64,000 bases of DNA from Vicugna vicugna (GCA_013265495.1 MU061578.1:3791308-3855307); one strand, 5' to 3'. Shown: positions 1 to 14,095, counted from the stretch's first letter. Made by a program: numbers and translations. Notes: generated by a model not told the origin, from the sequence alone.

Positions 1-3000
1 GCCATCAGGTAACTGTCCCAGATCAGTAGGGAGAGTCAGGGTTTAACAGAGCCATCAGGCAGCCCCCAACTTAACCCCACCATCTGTCTGGTGGGCTCAG
101 CCTGGACACTTCAGAAATTTCCAGAGACTCGGTGGCTGGGAAATTGTTTCTGGAAGGACAGAGTTGTGGGGTTGGGAGCAGGAGGGTTTGGCTGCATCCC
201 AGGGTCCCCAGGAGGGCTTGCGGGCTGAGCTGCCCTGAGATCCCTCACAGCCAGGTCAGTGAAACACTGAAACAAACTGCAAACACACAGGCAGGTGGGT
301 AACCAGGAAGGCACTGATGAAGACAAGTGCCCATCTGAGAGAGGAAATAGGGCTCCGAGGCTTGTGGGCAGCTCTCGCTGGACCCGCAGCCATGTGAGTC
401 TGCCAGATGCTGGGGCTGGTTTACCCTGATCACAGGTGTGAGGCATCGCCTTCTCCTTCACCAGGTCGGGAGGCACAGGCCTGCCCCACAGTCTCCAGGT
501 GGGGCTCGGCTGGAGAGTCTCAGCCTGGAGGGAAACCCTGAGTCCCCTACCCCAGCAGACAAAGGCTGGCCCAGCTCTCAGGTGCCAGGGATCGTGCAGT
601 GGGCTTCCCAGAGGCCCATGTGAGCAGAGGCACCGAGTGGGGAGCAAGGACCTGGATGCAAGAGGGCTGGGGACACACAGCTTGGCCCTGCCTCCCTCTG
701 AGGGCACCTCAGGTAGGCCCAGCTCTCAGGGTCTCAGCCCCAGGGTCCCCCACCAGCTCTTCCTGGGCCCTGATGAGACTGAGACTAGGGCCCACATGCC
801 TGGTCTCTCTCACCCAGACTGCTCCCAGGGACTTGGACGAACCCAGCTGTGCTCAGTCAGCATTTGTCCTGGAAACAAATAAACCCATGGCAGCCTGATC
901 TTGCACAGATGGACGGTGTGGGGCTGTGAGCCTCCTCAGTCCAGAGGCTGGAGGGAGGGCTGCCCCCAGTGTAGGGTGCAGCAGGGCAGACCCCGTCCCG
1001 GACACAGGCTGAGAGAAGCTAGGGAGGGAGTCCTGGCTGCAGGATGGGAGCCCTAGGTCCAGGCCCCAGGCCGGGTTGGGGGCTGGCTGGGGGCCTCTCC
1101 ATAGACACCCCCGCAACTCTGAAGGGCAGCCACAGCTCCCAGCACTTGGGACTAGGCTGAGCGTACGTTCTGCTCTCAGAAATCTTGTGTGTGCATTTTA
1201 TGTTCAATGACGGGAAGGTCCCCAGTCTGTCAGACTCACGTGTGTGAATCTGCACGTTCACAGCTGCCCCATCTCCTGAGCCCACATCCATCTGCTGGTT
1301 AGGGCTGCAACTTCACGGGCTAGGGAGGGCCCTGGTCCCCTCGGGGGTTGCCTCAGCTGAGGCTGCCAGCCTCAAGAGGGACCAAGGCCTGGGGTGTCCA
1401 GATGCCCCAACTCCCAGCAGTTCTGAGCCAGTGGGGGTAGGACTGTGCTTCCAGGACCCTTGGAGGGAGAGTCGGTCCACTCAGCTGCCTGAACCCTGCT
1501 GCGGGATGTACCCTACACCAGGGCCTGGATGACCCTCGAGACCTGAGGGCCCTCATGATGCAGAGACCCCAACATGGACCATGGAGGTGGCCACTTGCTA
1601 GCCAGGCCTGGAGTTAGGGAGTACAGAGATTCCCCACCCTCCAGGGCCCTGATCTAGAAGCCCCAGGGCAAGGAGGTCATCACATCACTGCCCTCTTCAA
1701 GGCTAACCCCCCCTCAACCCTGCTGCTTTCCTTGAAGTTCCCAGGCTGAGGGGAGGGTCTGGGGCTCGTGGGGCCTGAACCAGGCCCCCTGTTGGGCTGG
1801 ATGCTGAGTACAAGCAGTGGGGAGCCTGAGAGCCAGGCCCGGATGGCCTTGCCTTGCTGCTCAGCTGGGGTGCCTGGGTGCTCAGCACCTGCCTGATGGT
1901 CACCCTCAGACCAGGGATGCCCTGGTCTGCGTGATGATGTGGAGTGGAGAGGTGGGCAGCCCAGGTGTGCAGCCATGCACAGACAGCCCAGGGCCTGGTG
2001 GACATCCTGGCTGGGGCAGATCAGGGCACTGCCAAACTGCTTAGAGGGGGTGGGCCCACATGGCAGGCGGGGGGACCAAGGCTCACTATTGCCGGCAGGT
2101 TGGGGGTGGTCCTCCTCAGTGATGCCCATGGAAGGATAGGGTCACAGCCACTAAGATCCTCCCACAAGAGTCACCTTCTCCCTGACCCAGCCCCCGATGC
2201 TTCCCAGTGGGTCAGCACACCCATCCCAGATTGGCAAGAGGCCCCAGTGAGGGATGGAACAGGGCCACAGAAAATGCTGGAAAACCCAGCCACCCAGAGG
2301 GTGGACCATCCAGTTCATCTGGCCAGGTGCTGGCATTTGGCCCAAGAAGGGTGGACCAGGCTGGAACCTTGGCAAACAGTGTCCACATCCTGCTGTCCCC
2401 AAGTGTGGATGGATACCCACTCTGTCCTCAACCCTCACCCCGAAGGAAGCCTGCCAAGCAGTCAGTGCCCCAGGACAGTGCTGGGCCTCCAGAGAGGGGC
2501 TATCTCTGGTCCTGCCTCCCCCATAGCCAGCATCTTCTCTCCTGGAGCCCATTGGTGTCCCCAGTCCACTGGCCAGCTGGAGCCCGGGGCCATAGGTAGC
2601 CCAGAATCTTCAGGGAGCAACCAGCCACTCAAGATGCCCATTGTATTTACAGGAAAACCGAGGCTTTGGGAGCCTGAGGACCACACCCTGGTCCCCCACC
2701 CATTATGGAGTTGAGCCCAGAGCACCACACAAGGATGCTTGCCACTGAGGACAATGAGAAGCGGCTGGACCCTGGGCTAATTCTGTCCCTCACTTCGGCC
2801 AGTCAAAGGGGACAGGCCTCTGGTGTCACTTTGGGCTCAGCAGGAAGGCCCCATGCTTGGAGTTCCATGGTCACAGCTTCTTGGTCTGCAACTCTAAGCT
2901 GCTTGGAGAACTTCTGAGAGCAGAATTAGGGGCATGGGGCACAGCATCCTCCCCTCTGGGGACCCAGGGCGTGGAGATCCCCACTATGCACTGTGATGGA

Positions 3001-6000
3001 CATTATACCCTCCTGCTGCCTTCGCAAGCAGCAAAGCATGGCTACTGGAACCTGGGACTCCTCTACTCCACGGAGCCCAGACACAACCAGATGCACATGG
3101 CAGTTGCCTGGCAACCCTGCTGCCAGCACCGCGCCCCCACGCCCACACAGGCCGGTCCTGCCTCCTTCAGTACCTCCAGCTCTGCCAGTCTGAGGGAGGG
3201 AACAGTGGATGGAGACACCCTCCATGTCTCAGCCCTGGCTGCCCCTCTGCAGGTGAGCCAGGAAGCCCCTCCCCTGTCCCCTGAGCATCCCCTAGGCTGG
3301 GCTATGGGCTGCAGGTCCTGAGGAGAGGGGTCCTGGGCCAGTTGGGGCATCTGCTGGTCCAACCTCCATGCTCAGTGTCTGATGCCCGACCCCAATAAGA
3401 GGAAGAGAGCAAGATCCCACCCGCCAGGAGCGCCCTGGTCCCCTTAAGCCTCTGTGTGATCCCTGGCGCTCAGGCATCTGGGCCGGCGTCAGACCATGAA
3501 ACTGAGGCCAAGAGGCTATGCTGGACCAAGGTCTTGAGCTACTTGGCCCTGATCAGAGGCTGGACTGACTTTCTTGAGAAGTGGAAACCTGATTTTAGGC
3601 CAGAGGGTGATGGGAACCCCCCAAGTGTGAAGTGTGATCTGAGTCTCACCTGGTCGGTTGTGATGCTCCCAATTAGAGCCAATGACGTCTTCAGAGTGAG
3701 AGGGTAAGGCCCCCTACCCCTGTCGCACCTGGAGATGGAGGCCACATGCCCTGTGTCACCTGAGGTCACCCACTGGGCCAGAGCTGGACTGGGACCCAGG
3801 TCCACCGTGTCTCACCCGTCCCCAGTTCTGGGGACAAAGGAGACCCCTCCCTGTCCCGGAACTCACCCTGGCCCAGGGGCTGCCTTTGTGCCGTTTGGTC
3901 TCTGCAGGGTCTCCCCAGCCCCAGGGGCCCAGCTTTGCTCACTCGGCCGCCCCAGTGGCCTGCCAGCCTAGCTGAGCCCTCAGGTGGCCCTCTAGCCCCC
4001 GCTAAACCCCGGGGCCTGGGGCTCCCCTTCCCTGCAGCCCCAGCTTCTGGCTGGGAGCTGAGGGGTTTGCTGCTGTCCACTGGAAGCAGGCTGACCACAG
4101 ACACCAACTCTTCCCTCCCAGTCCCAGGGCAGCCTTCTAAGCATCCTGGTTGAAACCCTCCGCGTCCCCTGAGCCAGGAGGCGCCCGGCCCGGCGCTCTC
4201 CTCCAGGCCCACATGGGCTGCTCTGTGGGACTGGGAGGGGCAGGGCTGGGCTGGGCTGCTCCTGCCCAAGCCCCACTGACCCTGCCATGTCGGGGCAAGT
4301 GCCACCCAGTGTCCTGCTTATCTCTCCTCTGATGTCCGTGCTCCAGACTTGGCTGAGGGGCTGTTAGACTTGGCCGTGCAGGACACCTCAGCTGCGGCAG
4401 GGGCTGTGGAGAACACTTGAATGGGCCCGGGCACCCTCTCAAGGGTCCCCTGCCTTTCCCATGGGGCCAGGAGGCCAGCCTGTCGGCCTTCCCATCCCTT
4501 CCTGAGCAGGGCCCTTCTCAAGGAGCCTGAGAAGGTGCTCCAGGCTGGGATCCATGCAGCTGCCGAGGGCTCCTGGGGTGTGGAATTTCCAGGAGGCCCC
4601 TTCTCCTGACAGCTTCTGTCCCTTCCCCTCTGCCCCTACCCACTGGAGGCTGCCAGCAGGGCCGAACTGGGCCGCGCCAAGCCATTCCGTTATTCTGAGA
4701 TGTCTCTTTGCGGAGTCCCGCGCGGTGGGAAAGCAGCATCTCCCTTGGCAGGACCCCCGGGGCCTGGACAACGGAGATCTACACCTACTCGCTGATTTTG
4801 ACACTTACACTTGCCTAAGGCTCCCCAGTCTCCTTTGGAGAAAATACAGTGGGTTTTGGCCATGGAAATCTCTGCGGCATCTCTGAGCCCTCGCTGGCAG
4901 AGTCCACATGCTTGAGCTTCTGAGAATTCATCCACACATGGCCCCCCACTATGCTGCCCCAACCCAGTGGGGAGGGGCCGCAACGCACAACACACAACAC
5001 AGCAGCGTGGACTCAGAGAGTGGCTGTGTGGGCAGGGGTGGGATGTGATGAGACAGAGCCGGGGAGCCCAGGGTGCCCTAGCAGTCTCAGGGCCTCTGTG
5101 CCGGCCCCACAACCTTCCTCGCCGGCCCTGTGCAGGGCTGACCTCTGCCCTCAGTGGGCTACCTCTGGTTCCTGGAGGAGAGGGGTGGGGTAGGGGCTCA
5201 TTCCTACTCCCATCTGCCAGTCACGAGGGCTGTGCTGCAGCACCCTACTCTGTGTCCTCCCTTAGTGTCCTGTCCCTGACATCCAGGCAGATACTGAGCT
5301 GTCGTGGGTCCCCACTCCTCCCACCTGTGCACTGGGGCCTCTGGCCAGAGTGAACAAGTGTGGCCAGTGTTCTGGGCAGAGGCGCCTGGGGACAGGCAAC
5401 CCCCTCCACTGTGGGCCTCTCCTCAGAGCCTGGGAGGTCCTCAGCAGACCTCAGGGAGCCCAGGTTGGCCCCACCCAGAACTGGGGGCTCCCCTGGGCCC
5501 TGGAGCCTGGGCCTCCATTTCCTTAGCCACGAAACGGGAGATGGGGAGTTCTGTTCCCACTTGAAGGTTGTTAGGGGACAGAAGGGACTGCCTCTGCCTG
5601 GCTCTTAGCAGGGGTAGTGGACACTGGTTTTCACGGCTAGAAGCCGGCTCAGGGCTCCAAGGGCCCAAATGTGACTGTTTGTTAGAAACAGAGAAGCAAT
5701 ATTTGCATTTCAAGGCCATCTGCCCTGGAAACCAAATATTTTGTTTGGGGATCAGGACTCGTGCACCGTGACAAGCAGACGCCCAGCGTCCATTTCGGGA
5801 AGGAGGTGAGGACAGACTCTGACTGCCCACCCCGCAGATATGAGGGGGAGATGCCCACATCCTGATGGGCAGGTGGTGCCCCGTGGCCTTTTGCTGGCCC
5901 ATCCTGTCCCCCCATGGTAACTCTCTGGACACCAAGGTAGGGCTATCCACATGCTGGGAGACAGCCCTTAACAGCCCTGGCCCAGGACACTGGGTGTGGC

Positions 6001-8149
6001 CCCTGATGTCTGCAGGGCTCCTGGAGTCCCTGCCTCCTTCCCTTCCTGGTCTGCTCCCCACCATGATTTTCCTGGGAAGCCTTCACTTGAACTCTCTTCT
6101 CAGGGACCAAGGGACCAAGGGACTCTAAGCCTCACGGACCCTCAGCTTCCCCTCCCTCTGCCCTTCTGACTCTTCTCAGAGCCCACCAGTCACCAGCCTG
6201 TGCTGATACGTTTTCTCGGGTGTTAGCTCGTTTAATTAATCCTAAGGATGAATTCCTGAGACTCAGGGACACCGCAGTAGTTTAAGGAGCCTCTCCCGTG
6301 GGATGGCTGGTAGAAGCGGTGACTCCTAACCCGAAGGTCTGGGCCCAGCCTGCACTTCCTGCTGTGTGTGTTTGGGGGGGCAGTCCTGGCCATCCTGCCT
6401 CACTTGATTCTGCCTCTCTTCCTTGTCCCTGGACCCTGTCTGTCCTTGTCACCACATTCCCTGGCAGCTGCGCAGTGCCCGGCACACCCGGGCATTCACT
6501 GTGAGCTTGTGGATTTGGGAGCCCTGCCCCAGGGCACTGTAGCCAGGGGGTCTCTCTGGCCCCTGAGAAGCCTGAGTTCTCCTCTCACCTTGCCCTCTTC
6601 CCACTTTCCACCAGAATCCAAGCTGAGCCCAGCCCAGCCCTCCACCTCAGAGGCTGGCTTTGCCCACTCCCTGGGGCAATGGACAGTCTACCTCCGGGAG
6701 CCAGACCACAGAGTCCTGGTCCCGGAGCCTGCAGCAGCCACAGCTGACCATGAACCCTCCTAGGGAGAACCCTGGGTCTGGGCTGGGGCCAGGTCACCAG
6801 GAAGCTCTGCCACAGAGTTGGCTGAGACCTTGGCCTTTGTCGGCCTTGGATACCCCTTTGGGAGGAGGGGTGGGGCCCCCACATCTCCATGGGGTCCATT
6901 CATCTGGCAAGGCCACCAGGGCACCTTCTGGCTTCCAGGAGCCTCTGGAGCTGTCTCTGTTCTCCAGACCCTCACCTGCCCTCAGATGGCCTCTGGAGTG
7001 GGCATACTCACTCTCCCCAAGGCCCGGCCTCCCTGCCCTGTCAGGCTGTCTGGGGGCAGCTAGGAGTCAGGGGTGGGGTCTCCATCCCACTGCCCATCAC
7101 TGGGTGATGGGCCTCAGGTGGGGCCCTCCTGGAGTGGCTCAGGGGCTCCCGGAGGCTGGTGCTGCTACCCCAGAGTGCTGGGCCAGGGCTGCAGCGAGCC
7201 ACATCGTCTCCTCACGATGCGATGCGTGGGCCTCTCCGAGTATGTGCTCTCTATACACAGCTTCTAGGAGCCCCCTGCCCGGGCCCAGCCCCGGATCTGG
7301 AGGGAATTGGTCTGGGCATTGCCTGGGTGCCAGATCTTTGAAGCTCCAGGTTTGGTACCTGCTGGGAGCCCTTCCTCAGACCAAGCTGGACGGCAGTGGG
7401 ATCAGTGGAGCAGCCAGCCCCTCCCCAGGAGGGCCCTCCTGCTGGGCTGTGCCTGCAGATGGCACTGCTGCACTCAGGAGCCTCCTGGGTGGAGGGGACC
7501 TGGGCACATTGGACCACCAGACTAGCGTGGGAGGGGGCACTTGACTTAGGGGCCGAGGGCTGCATTTGGAGAAAGCCACGTTCTGCCTACCACCTTCAGC
7601 CCTGGCCTCCCCAGCCTGCCTTGCAGCCTGCTTGCTGATGCCCCCAGGGTCTGGCCACCAGCTCCCCACCTGGCCTCTCTCTGGCTGGCTTTCTGCCTCT
7701 GGATGGCATCAGAAGGCCTTCCACAGCCACCCATGACTCGTCACCATGGCTGTTTCCATGGAGACCACCCCTGCCCATCCACTCAAGCTCTGCCCCCAGG
7801 ACAGCCAGAGAGGCAAAGATGGACACCGTGAGGCCTTGAGAGTGGAGGGGGCAGAAGCAGGCAATGAGGCTGGGCTGGAGTCCCTATAGTTCCTCAGGAC
7901 ACAGGCAGAGCTCAGGGCTCTGCCCAGGACTCCAGGAGCAGCAGTCCCACAGGAAGGCAGGACCACTCCAGCTCCCCTTTGTGGGGATGCCTGTAGTGAC
8001 GACAATGCCTCCTGCTAGCTGCCCCTCGCAGGGAGGGGAGTGGCAGTTCACAGTGAGCCCAACTATCAGGGACCCACACTATCCGCATCCTCCCACTCAG
8101 CCTCGGCCCCTCCAGAGGGAAACAGAAGGCACTTCCTGCCTCACGATTT

Positions 8150-8245
8150 TTCCCAAGGTCTTTACCTCTATTGGGGAACAACTTCACGCAGTCGAGAGCT
8201 CAAATTTTAAGAATATAGATCTTGTGGAGTTTTGCAGACTGAATA
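8150..8245 (-). mobile_element. Short L1 3'-terminal fragment
   Basis: ctattggggaacaacttcacgcag...caaattttaagaatatagatcttgtggagttttgcaga resembles the antisense L1M 3' terminus. Confidence 0.45.
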
Positions 8246-8706
8246 GGAGTTTGTTCTGGTAGCTAGAATGAGGAAGGATGTTCTTGCTATAAAGAATGAC
8301 CAGCAGCAGGTCAGTTTGAAGGACCAGTGATGCTAGTAAGCTGCTTCTACGGTCACCCATTTATCAGAGCTGTGAGAATGATTCACTGAAACCCCAAAGA
8401 GCACCCCACTCAAAGGATTAAGTACAAGATTTTTGAGGTCTGACTAGATCTTGGGCTTGCCGATGGAGACCCAGTAGAAATTTGGAATACCTTCAGTTTG
8501 CCACTAAACTCATGTTCAGGGAACTATGTATAAGCTGAGGCTGTTAACTAACATCCCGGCTCTCACCCCATTCCAGGTCTCATGTCTGATACACTCTGGT
8601 CACTGCCAGTTAGACAAGCAGCTTCGAGTGTGAAGCTTGGAGACCTTTTCCCGTTCCACTCATGACCCCAAGACCTGTGGCTCATTTCTGAATGAGCTCA
8701 TGGACA

Positions 8707-9140
8707 GTGCGGCAGTGGGTCGAATGGTAGCCCCCAAAAGACACGCCTACATCCCAACCCCCAAACTGTGACTGTGACCCTGCCTGGAAAAGGGGTCTTT
8801 GTAGATGTCATTAAGTGAAGTATCTTAAGACGGGATCACCCTTGATTATCTGGGTGGGTCCTAAACCCAACAACTGTGTCCTTAGAAGAGAAGAGGGGAG
8901 AAGATTCTTAATGTGTTACGTCGGAGGCCAAGGCTGCAACAACACGGCCCAGGCCCAGGACCACCCAGGGCCACGAGGAACTAGGCATGTCTCGAAGGAT
9001 CCTCCCTGGATCCTCTGAGGGGGTGAGGGCCTATCTACACCTTGGTCTCCGACCTCTGGTTCCAAAACTGCAAGACAAATGTCTGTTGCTCTGAGACCCT
9101 GGTTGTGTGGTCTGTGACTGAAGGGCAGGAGTTTATCAGT
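8707..9140 (+). mobile_element. MLT1C/D-like ERVL-MaLR solo LTR
   Basis: gaatggtagcccccaaaagac...ggaaaaggggtctttgtagatgtcattaag...gtccttagaagag...ccttggtctccgacctctggttccaaaactg follows the MLT1 consensus layout. Confidence 0.85.
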
Positions 9141-10835
9141 TACCTTTGCTCCCAGTTTGGGGACCAAGATGCAGGGTCTTTCCAGCCAGAGCCACCGGCT
9201 AGGGGTCACCCCAACCTACCCACAGAGAAGTGACATCCAGGAACTCAGGAGCAAACCTTGTGAGCAGGGACCTGGCCGTCCCCCCTCCCACAGCAGGAGA
9301 GCAAAGAGGATCTTGTCCCACTCTGACCCCATGGCCCTCGTGCCCAGTGGCCCAGGAGCAGCATCTGCACCTGGTTACTGCCTCCAGCCCCATCCCCGTC
9401 ATGTGTGTCTGTATGTCTGATGGGCCCCAGGGCCCCAGCCTGATGGGAGGCAGGCAGGGTCCCCTTCCACACCCTCCTCCACTCCACAGCCCTAGTGCCC
9501 CCTCCCTACTTGAGGTCTGTGAGAGGGGTAGTTCCATTCTCAGGTCATTCTCAATGACCTCTGACCCTCGACTTGCCTGCCACTCCAATAGTGTTGCCCC
9601 CTCTTGGCCACAGGGACCAGGGCCCCACTGACCCTCCCACCAAGTCCTAGGCACCTACAGGGATGACCACCCATCCCCACCAGCCTGTGTCCCCCAACCC
9701 AGTGGAAGATGGACAGCTGTGGGGTTGGAGGCAGAGGGGACTCGGGACAGGCCTGGAGCAGGGTTGGGGGAGAAGCAACATCTCTTCCCCCAAACCTCTG
9801 CTCCCACCCAGTTGACAGAGCTGCTGCTCTAGCGCGTCCCCCACCCCCACCTCCAAGACGACTCAGGCTCCCTCTGGCTCTTCCCCTCTCTGCTCTGTTT
9901 CTCCTTTAGTCCTGATCATGGCCTTGGGTCCAGCCCCAGACCTGGATGGCCTCAGGAAGCTCTGGGTCCACCTGGAACACGGCTGTCATCCTGGCCTGGG
10001 GTGTGGGCTCTGTCTCCCTCGGTTCCCAGGGTCTGCAAGACATCACAAGGGGCCGGCCTCCCCCCTCACTTCCTCCCCGCGGCCCTGACATTCCGCAGAC
10101 ACAACTCAGCCTGGCCACGTGGGTGCTGCGTGTGGGGAGCCGCCCCCCAGGGTGGAAGCGAGTGGGCGGGGCACCTGGCCCCCTCCAACCCTGTTCTGGC
10201 AGCCACCCGCAGGCCCACGGGTGTGGAAAGCTGCGGAGGACGCCTGGGCCTCAGAGTTGCGGAGGCTTCATGGGGTGAGGACTTCACTGAGAGCCCCGTG
10301 GGAACCCTGGTCCTGCAGCCACACAGGGGCAGTGGACCCTGAGACACAAGGCCCAGGGGCTCCGCCCTAGCCTCATCCACTATCCGGTCAGTCCCAGGGC
10401 TCAGATCACTGATATCTTTCGGGGAAGTCTGGGGTGGGGTAGGGGGAGGATGGTGTCCTCTGGAAATTCTAGAACCATCCCTCCCGCTGCACCAATGCTT
10501 TCTTGGGGTGGGCAGAGACCAAACATTCCAGTTTGGAAAGAAGATTTATGGGGAAGATCGAGGAGGAAATTCAGAGATCAGTTCTTAGCTTCTGGTGAGG
10601 GGCAGTGACCGGCACAGACTGATGTCTTTGGTCATCTGAAGGCTCTCCCCAGCACAACGCCCACGCCCTGCCCATCTCAGCTCCATCCGGGGACTAGGAG
10701 TCAGGAGCTGCTGACCACGTGCTCAGCCCTCCCTGTTCATCTGCATTGAGGGACCAGACTTGGACTCTTGTGGGTCCTGGGGCTACGTAGGGTCACACAC
10801 TGTCGGCCCCCCATCCCAGTGCAGGTGTCCCTTGG

Positions 10836-11219
10836 GTAGTGGGTTGAGTTGTGTCCCGCAAAAGAGAAGTCCAGGTCCTAACCCCCCCAGTACTTGCAAG
10901 CTGGACCTTATTTGGAAATAAGGTCTTTGCAGGTGGTTAAGTTATGATGAAGACATCGGTAGATCCTAATCCCACAGCTGTTGTCCTTACAAGAGAGGAA
11001 ATTTAGAGACTTGGACACACAAGGAGTCCATGTGATGTCGGAAGCAGAGAGTGGAGTGACACAGCCACCAGCCAAGGAGCAGCAGCAGCATCAGAAGCTG
11101 GAAGAGGCAGGAAGGAGCCCCCCTGGAGCCTCCTTGATTTCAGACTTCTGGCCTCCAGGCTCGGGAAGGATGGACTTCGGTTGTTTCCAGCCGTCAGGCA
11201 GCCCCAGGAGAATCATACA
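10836..11219 (+). mobile_element. MLT1C-like solo LTR
   Basis: gtgggttgagttgtgtcccgcaaaag...ccttatttggaaataaggtctttgcag...ttgatttcagacttctggcctccag. Confidence 0.88.
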
Positions 11220-11469
11220 TCCCAAGTCTTCACCCTGCTCCCTGTGACTGTCCCTCCAGCTGCCCACCTGGCTGGATATTGCTGGATGTGAGCCAAGTCT
11301 GGCCTCACTGCACCCCTTCCTTCCCCTTCCCCCTGTGTCACAGACTCTGATGGATCACTGGGACGCAAGACCAGAACCCCTTACTGGCACTGCCGGAGAA
11401 GGGCCAGCAGGTGGGAGGTGCTGTGTGTGGGCCTTCCTGGCAGCCCCACGTCCTCTGGTCAGATCACCC

Positions 11470-11700
11470 ATGCAATATGCTGGGGGTGGCTCAGTCAAGG
11501 ATAGCATTGAGCACCTACTACATGCAGGGTGCTAGTGGGGCTGCTTCTCCTTCAGTGTTCCAGATCCTTATAAATGACAGGATGCAAGGGGACATGTAGG
11601 GGGTGACAGTGTGTGTAACAAGGAACTGGCCCAATCCAGGTGGGCTTCCTAGAGGAGGCAGTGTTTCTCAGTCATAGGAACATTTGCAAGGCAGTCCCAA
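11470..11700 (-). mobile_element. L2 3' fragment
   Basis: cattgagcacctactacatgcagggtgctag...gggcttcctagaggaggcagtg. Confidence 0.6.
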
Positions 11701-12399
11701 ACCCCAGCCAGGCTCGGCACAATTGGCGCTCAATAAACAGGGCGCCAAGGAGGGGGCTGGAGACATCCTCTGTGTACCCAGCCAGTGGCCAGGATGAGAC
11801 TCTTTTGGTCAGCCCTGACAGTTGGGACCAAATCATGCCCTCTGTAGGGAAACCCTGAGCACCCGCTGTATACCTGGAAGGCAGGCCTGGGTGTCTGAGG
11901 CCTGGCCCCATCTTTAAGGCCTAACCCACTGTCTCCCTGGGCCACCGCACTTTCTGTCAACTCATCCTGTTTAAATATTTAATCCTGTTAAATATTAAAC
12001 CTCTTCCAAGCCCCAATTACAATCAGATCGATTCTGGGCTGTGGTTGTGCTGCCGAGCTGGCACTCTGCCTCAGGCGCCCAGATCAGCCTGAGGGGGGCA
12101 GGGACTGGCGGAGACAGCTGCCCTTAGCCCCACAGGTGCTGCCCCAGCCCAGCGCTGCCGCCCAGTGCACAGCCAGGGACCCGAGGCAGACAGGCCGGTG
12201 CCCCTCTCAGGCTCCCTGAGTCCCCAAGAAGTCTGGGACAAAGAGAAGCTTTCCCTACAGCCTCGAGCTCCAGGAGGTGGCATCACTGAGCCCATGTGAC
12301 ACTCCTGATTTCCTGGCCATTGCCGGAAGTGGACAGAAACATTCCCAAGGTGTGGGGAGCTGGGGCATCCCATCAGGAGAGGGACCCTGAGAGCCAAAA

Positions 12400-13530
12400 C
12401 CAACCTTGGTTTAAAATCAGTTTCAAGTTGGGAGATATTTCAAGCATGCTGGAAAATTCAGAAAGTAACGGTGCCAACCCTGGACCTCCTCCGAGATTAA
12501 ACATGTGCGTGCACCACATGGCTTCAGGTGTTTTTGAACTTCAGGTAAACTGTTGCACACAGGCATCCTTTGCAAGTGGCCATCTTCACCCCGTGAGAGA
12601 GCCACCTCTGGTACATAATTGTCTGTGTTTATATACGTACAGCAGCAGCTTATAGCAGTTTTACTGGGATAATAATATGGAGCACACGACTCACAAACAG
12701 TGATAACACAGGTGATACTCTTTACTGTAAATCACGCACGGCTGGGCAATTCTTGCGGGACTCCTCTGTTCACTCGTTCCTGGCTCCGGGATCCAGGCCT
12801 TACGTGCAGTCTCAGGGCTGCACCCCAGTCCAGCCAGGTGTGTCACTAAATCCAGAAGGAATTTGTCTGTTTAGTTCTTTCTCACCCTGTAACAGATTAT
12901 ATTCACTAAACGGAAGCTGCTGACACTTCAGTACTGACTGTAAGTCTGTATGACTCAATTGCCAGAGTGGCTGTGTTTAACACTTTTTTGAATGTTTAAC
13001 CATCGGCACAGATGAGCCAGTCCAGGTCGGTGGCTGCCGTACAGACACATGTTCAGGCGAGTTCTGTGTTCCCACTTGCCGTGTGGCTTCTAGACCCAGG
13101 TGTGGAACGGGGGGTGTGGGGACCCACTTCCAGCTGTCCATTCTGCCTCCCTCTTCTCCTTGTCTATTCCCAGATGTCCTCATGGCTTTAGTTTGGTGGT
13201 AAATCTTCATGTCTGGTTGGGGGACCCTCCCTGATTATTCTCTCTTGAAATTGGCTTGACTGCTCCCGGCCGTTTCTTCGGCCAGGTATGTTTAGAGTCA
13301 GCTTCCCAAGATCCAAGAAACACCTATTGGGCTTTTGCTGGAAGTTATATTGAATTTACAGGTTAATTTTAGGAGAATTACCACCCTTGCCATATCAGGT
13401 CATCCCACACATGGACATATAGTTCTTCAATTTTTTTAGATCCTCTTTCATACCTTTGCATAACATTTCTTACTATTTTCTTTGTAACAGCCATGTGCAT
13501 CTTCCTTCTCCCTGAGCAGTCCCTCCAGTA
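12400..13530 (-). mobile_element. Ancient L1 (L1ME-like) 3'UTR and ORF2 fragments
   Basis: AT-richer block; ttagagtcagcttcccaag...ttttgctggaagttatattgaatttacaggttaattttaggagaatt...ttttttagatcctctttc is typical antisense L1 ORF2. Confidence 0.7.
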
Positions 13531-13904
13531 GGACTCAGGGAGTGGAAACCGTTTTGGTCCAGATTTGTCTGAAATGTCTCGCTCCGTGCTGTGTAGACTT
13601 CTCCCCAGCAGCCCCTCCTCCCTCCACACTTTGGGGATGCTGCTCTGTTGTCTCCAGGGTCTGCTGTCTGTCTTCTGGCCGTTCCTCAAAGCACCAGACC
13701 CCCTCTCTACTTTCACCAGGACCCTCTCTTCACCTGGGTCCTGCAGCCCCACCTGGCCCAGCCTGGATGGAAATTTGCTCCTATTTATCATATTCGCTCA
13801 TATTTATGTTTGAGGTTAACTGTGTCTCTGGGATCTGAGGCTCCTTAGCTTTTATCAACTCTGGATACTTCTCAGCCGTAACTACAGCTCTTGCTTTCTC
13901 TCTT

Positions 13905-14095
13905 TCTCTCCGCTGGAGTGTCTTCTAGAGCAGGGATCAGGAATATTTCAGGCTTTGTGGGTCAGAGTGTCTCTGTTGCAATTATTCGACTCCAGTTTTG
14001 GTTCAAGAGCAGCCACAGACATCACTGGGCACAGGTGGTTCTAGTAAAAAGACAGGTGGGGAGCCATACGCGGCCACCATCGCCCACCCCCAGGC
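13905..14095 (-). mobile_element. MER58A-like hAT-Charlie MITE
   Basis: aatatttcaggctttgtgggtcagagtgtctctgttgcaattattcgactc...agcagccacagaca...aaaaagacaggtggg matches the MER58 core. Confidence 0.8.

Noticed and set aside
111-7544. ORFs of 198, 256, 207 and 294 aa in the first 8 kb
   Set aside because: Trp/Cys/Pro/Ser-rich random-like translations with no recognisable family or splice structure.
8250-8700. AT-richer block that could be a pseudogene or transposon
   Set aside because: No frame or consensus recognised; left unassigned pending a Dfam/BLAST search.
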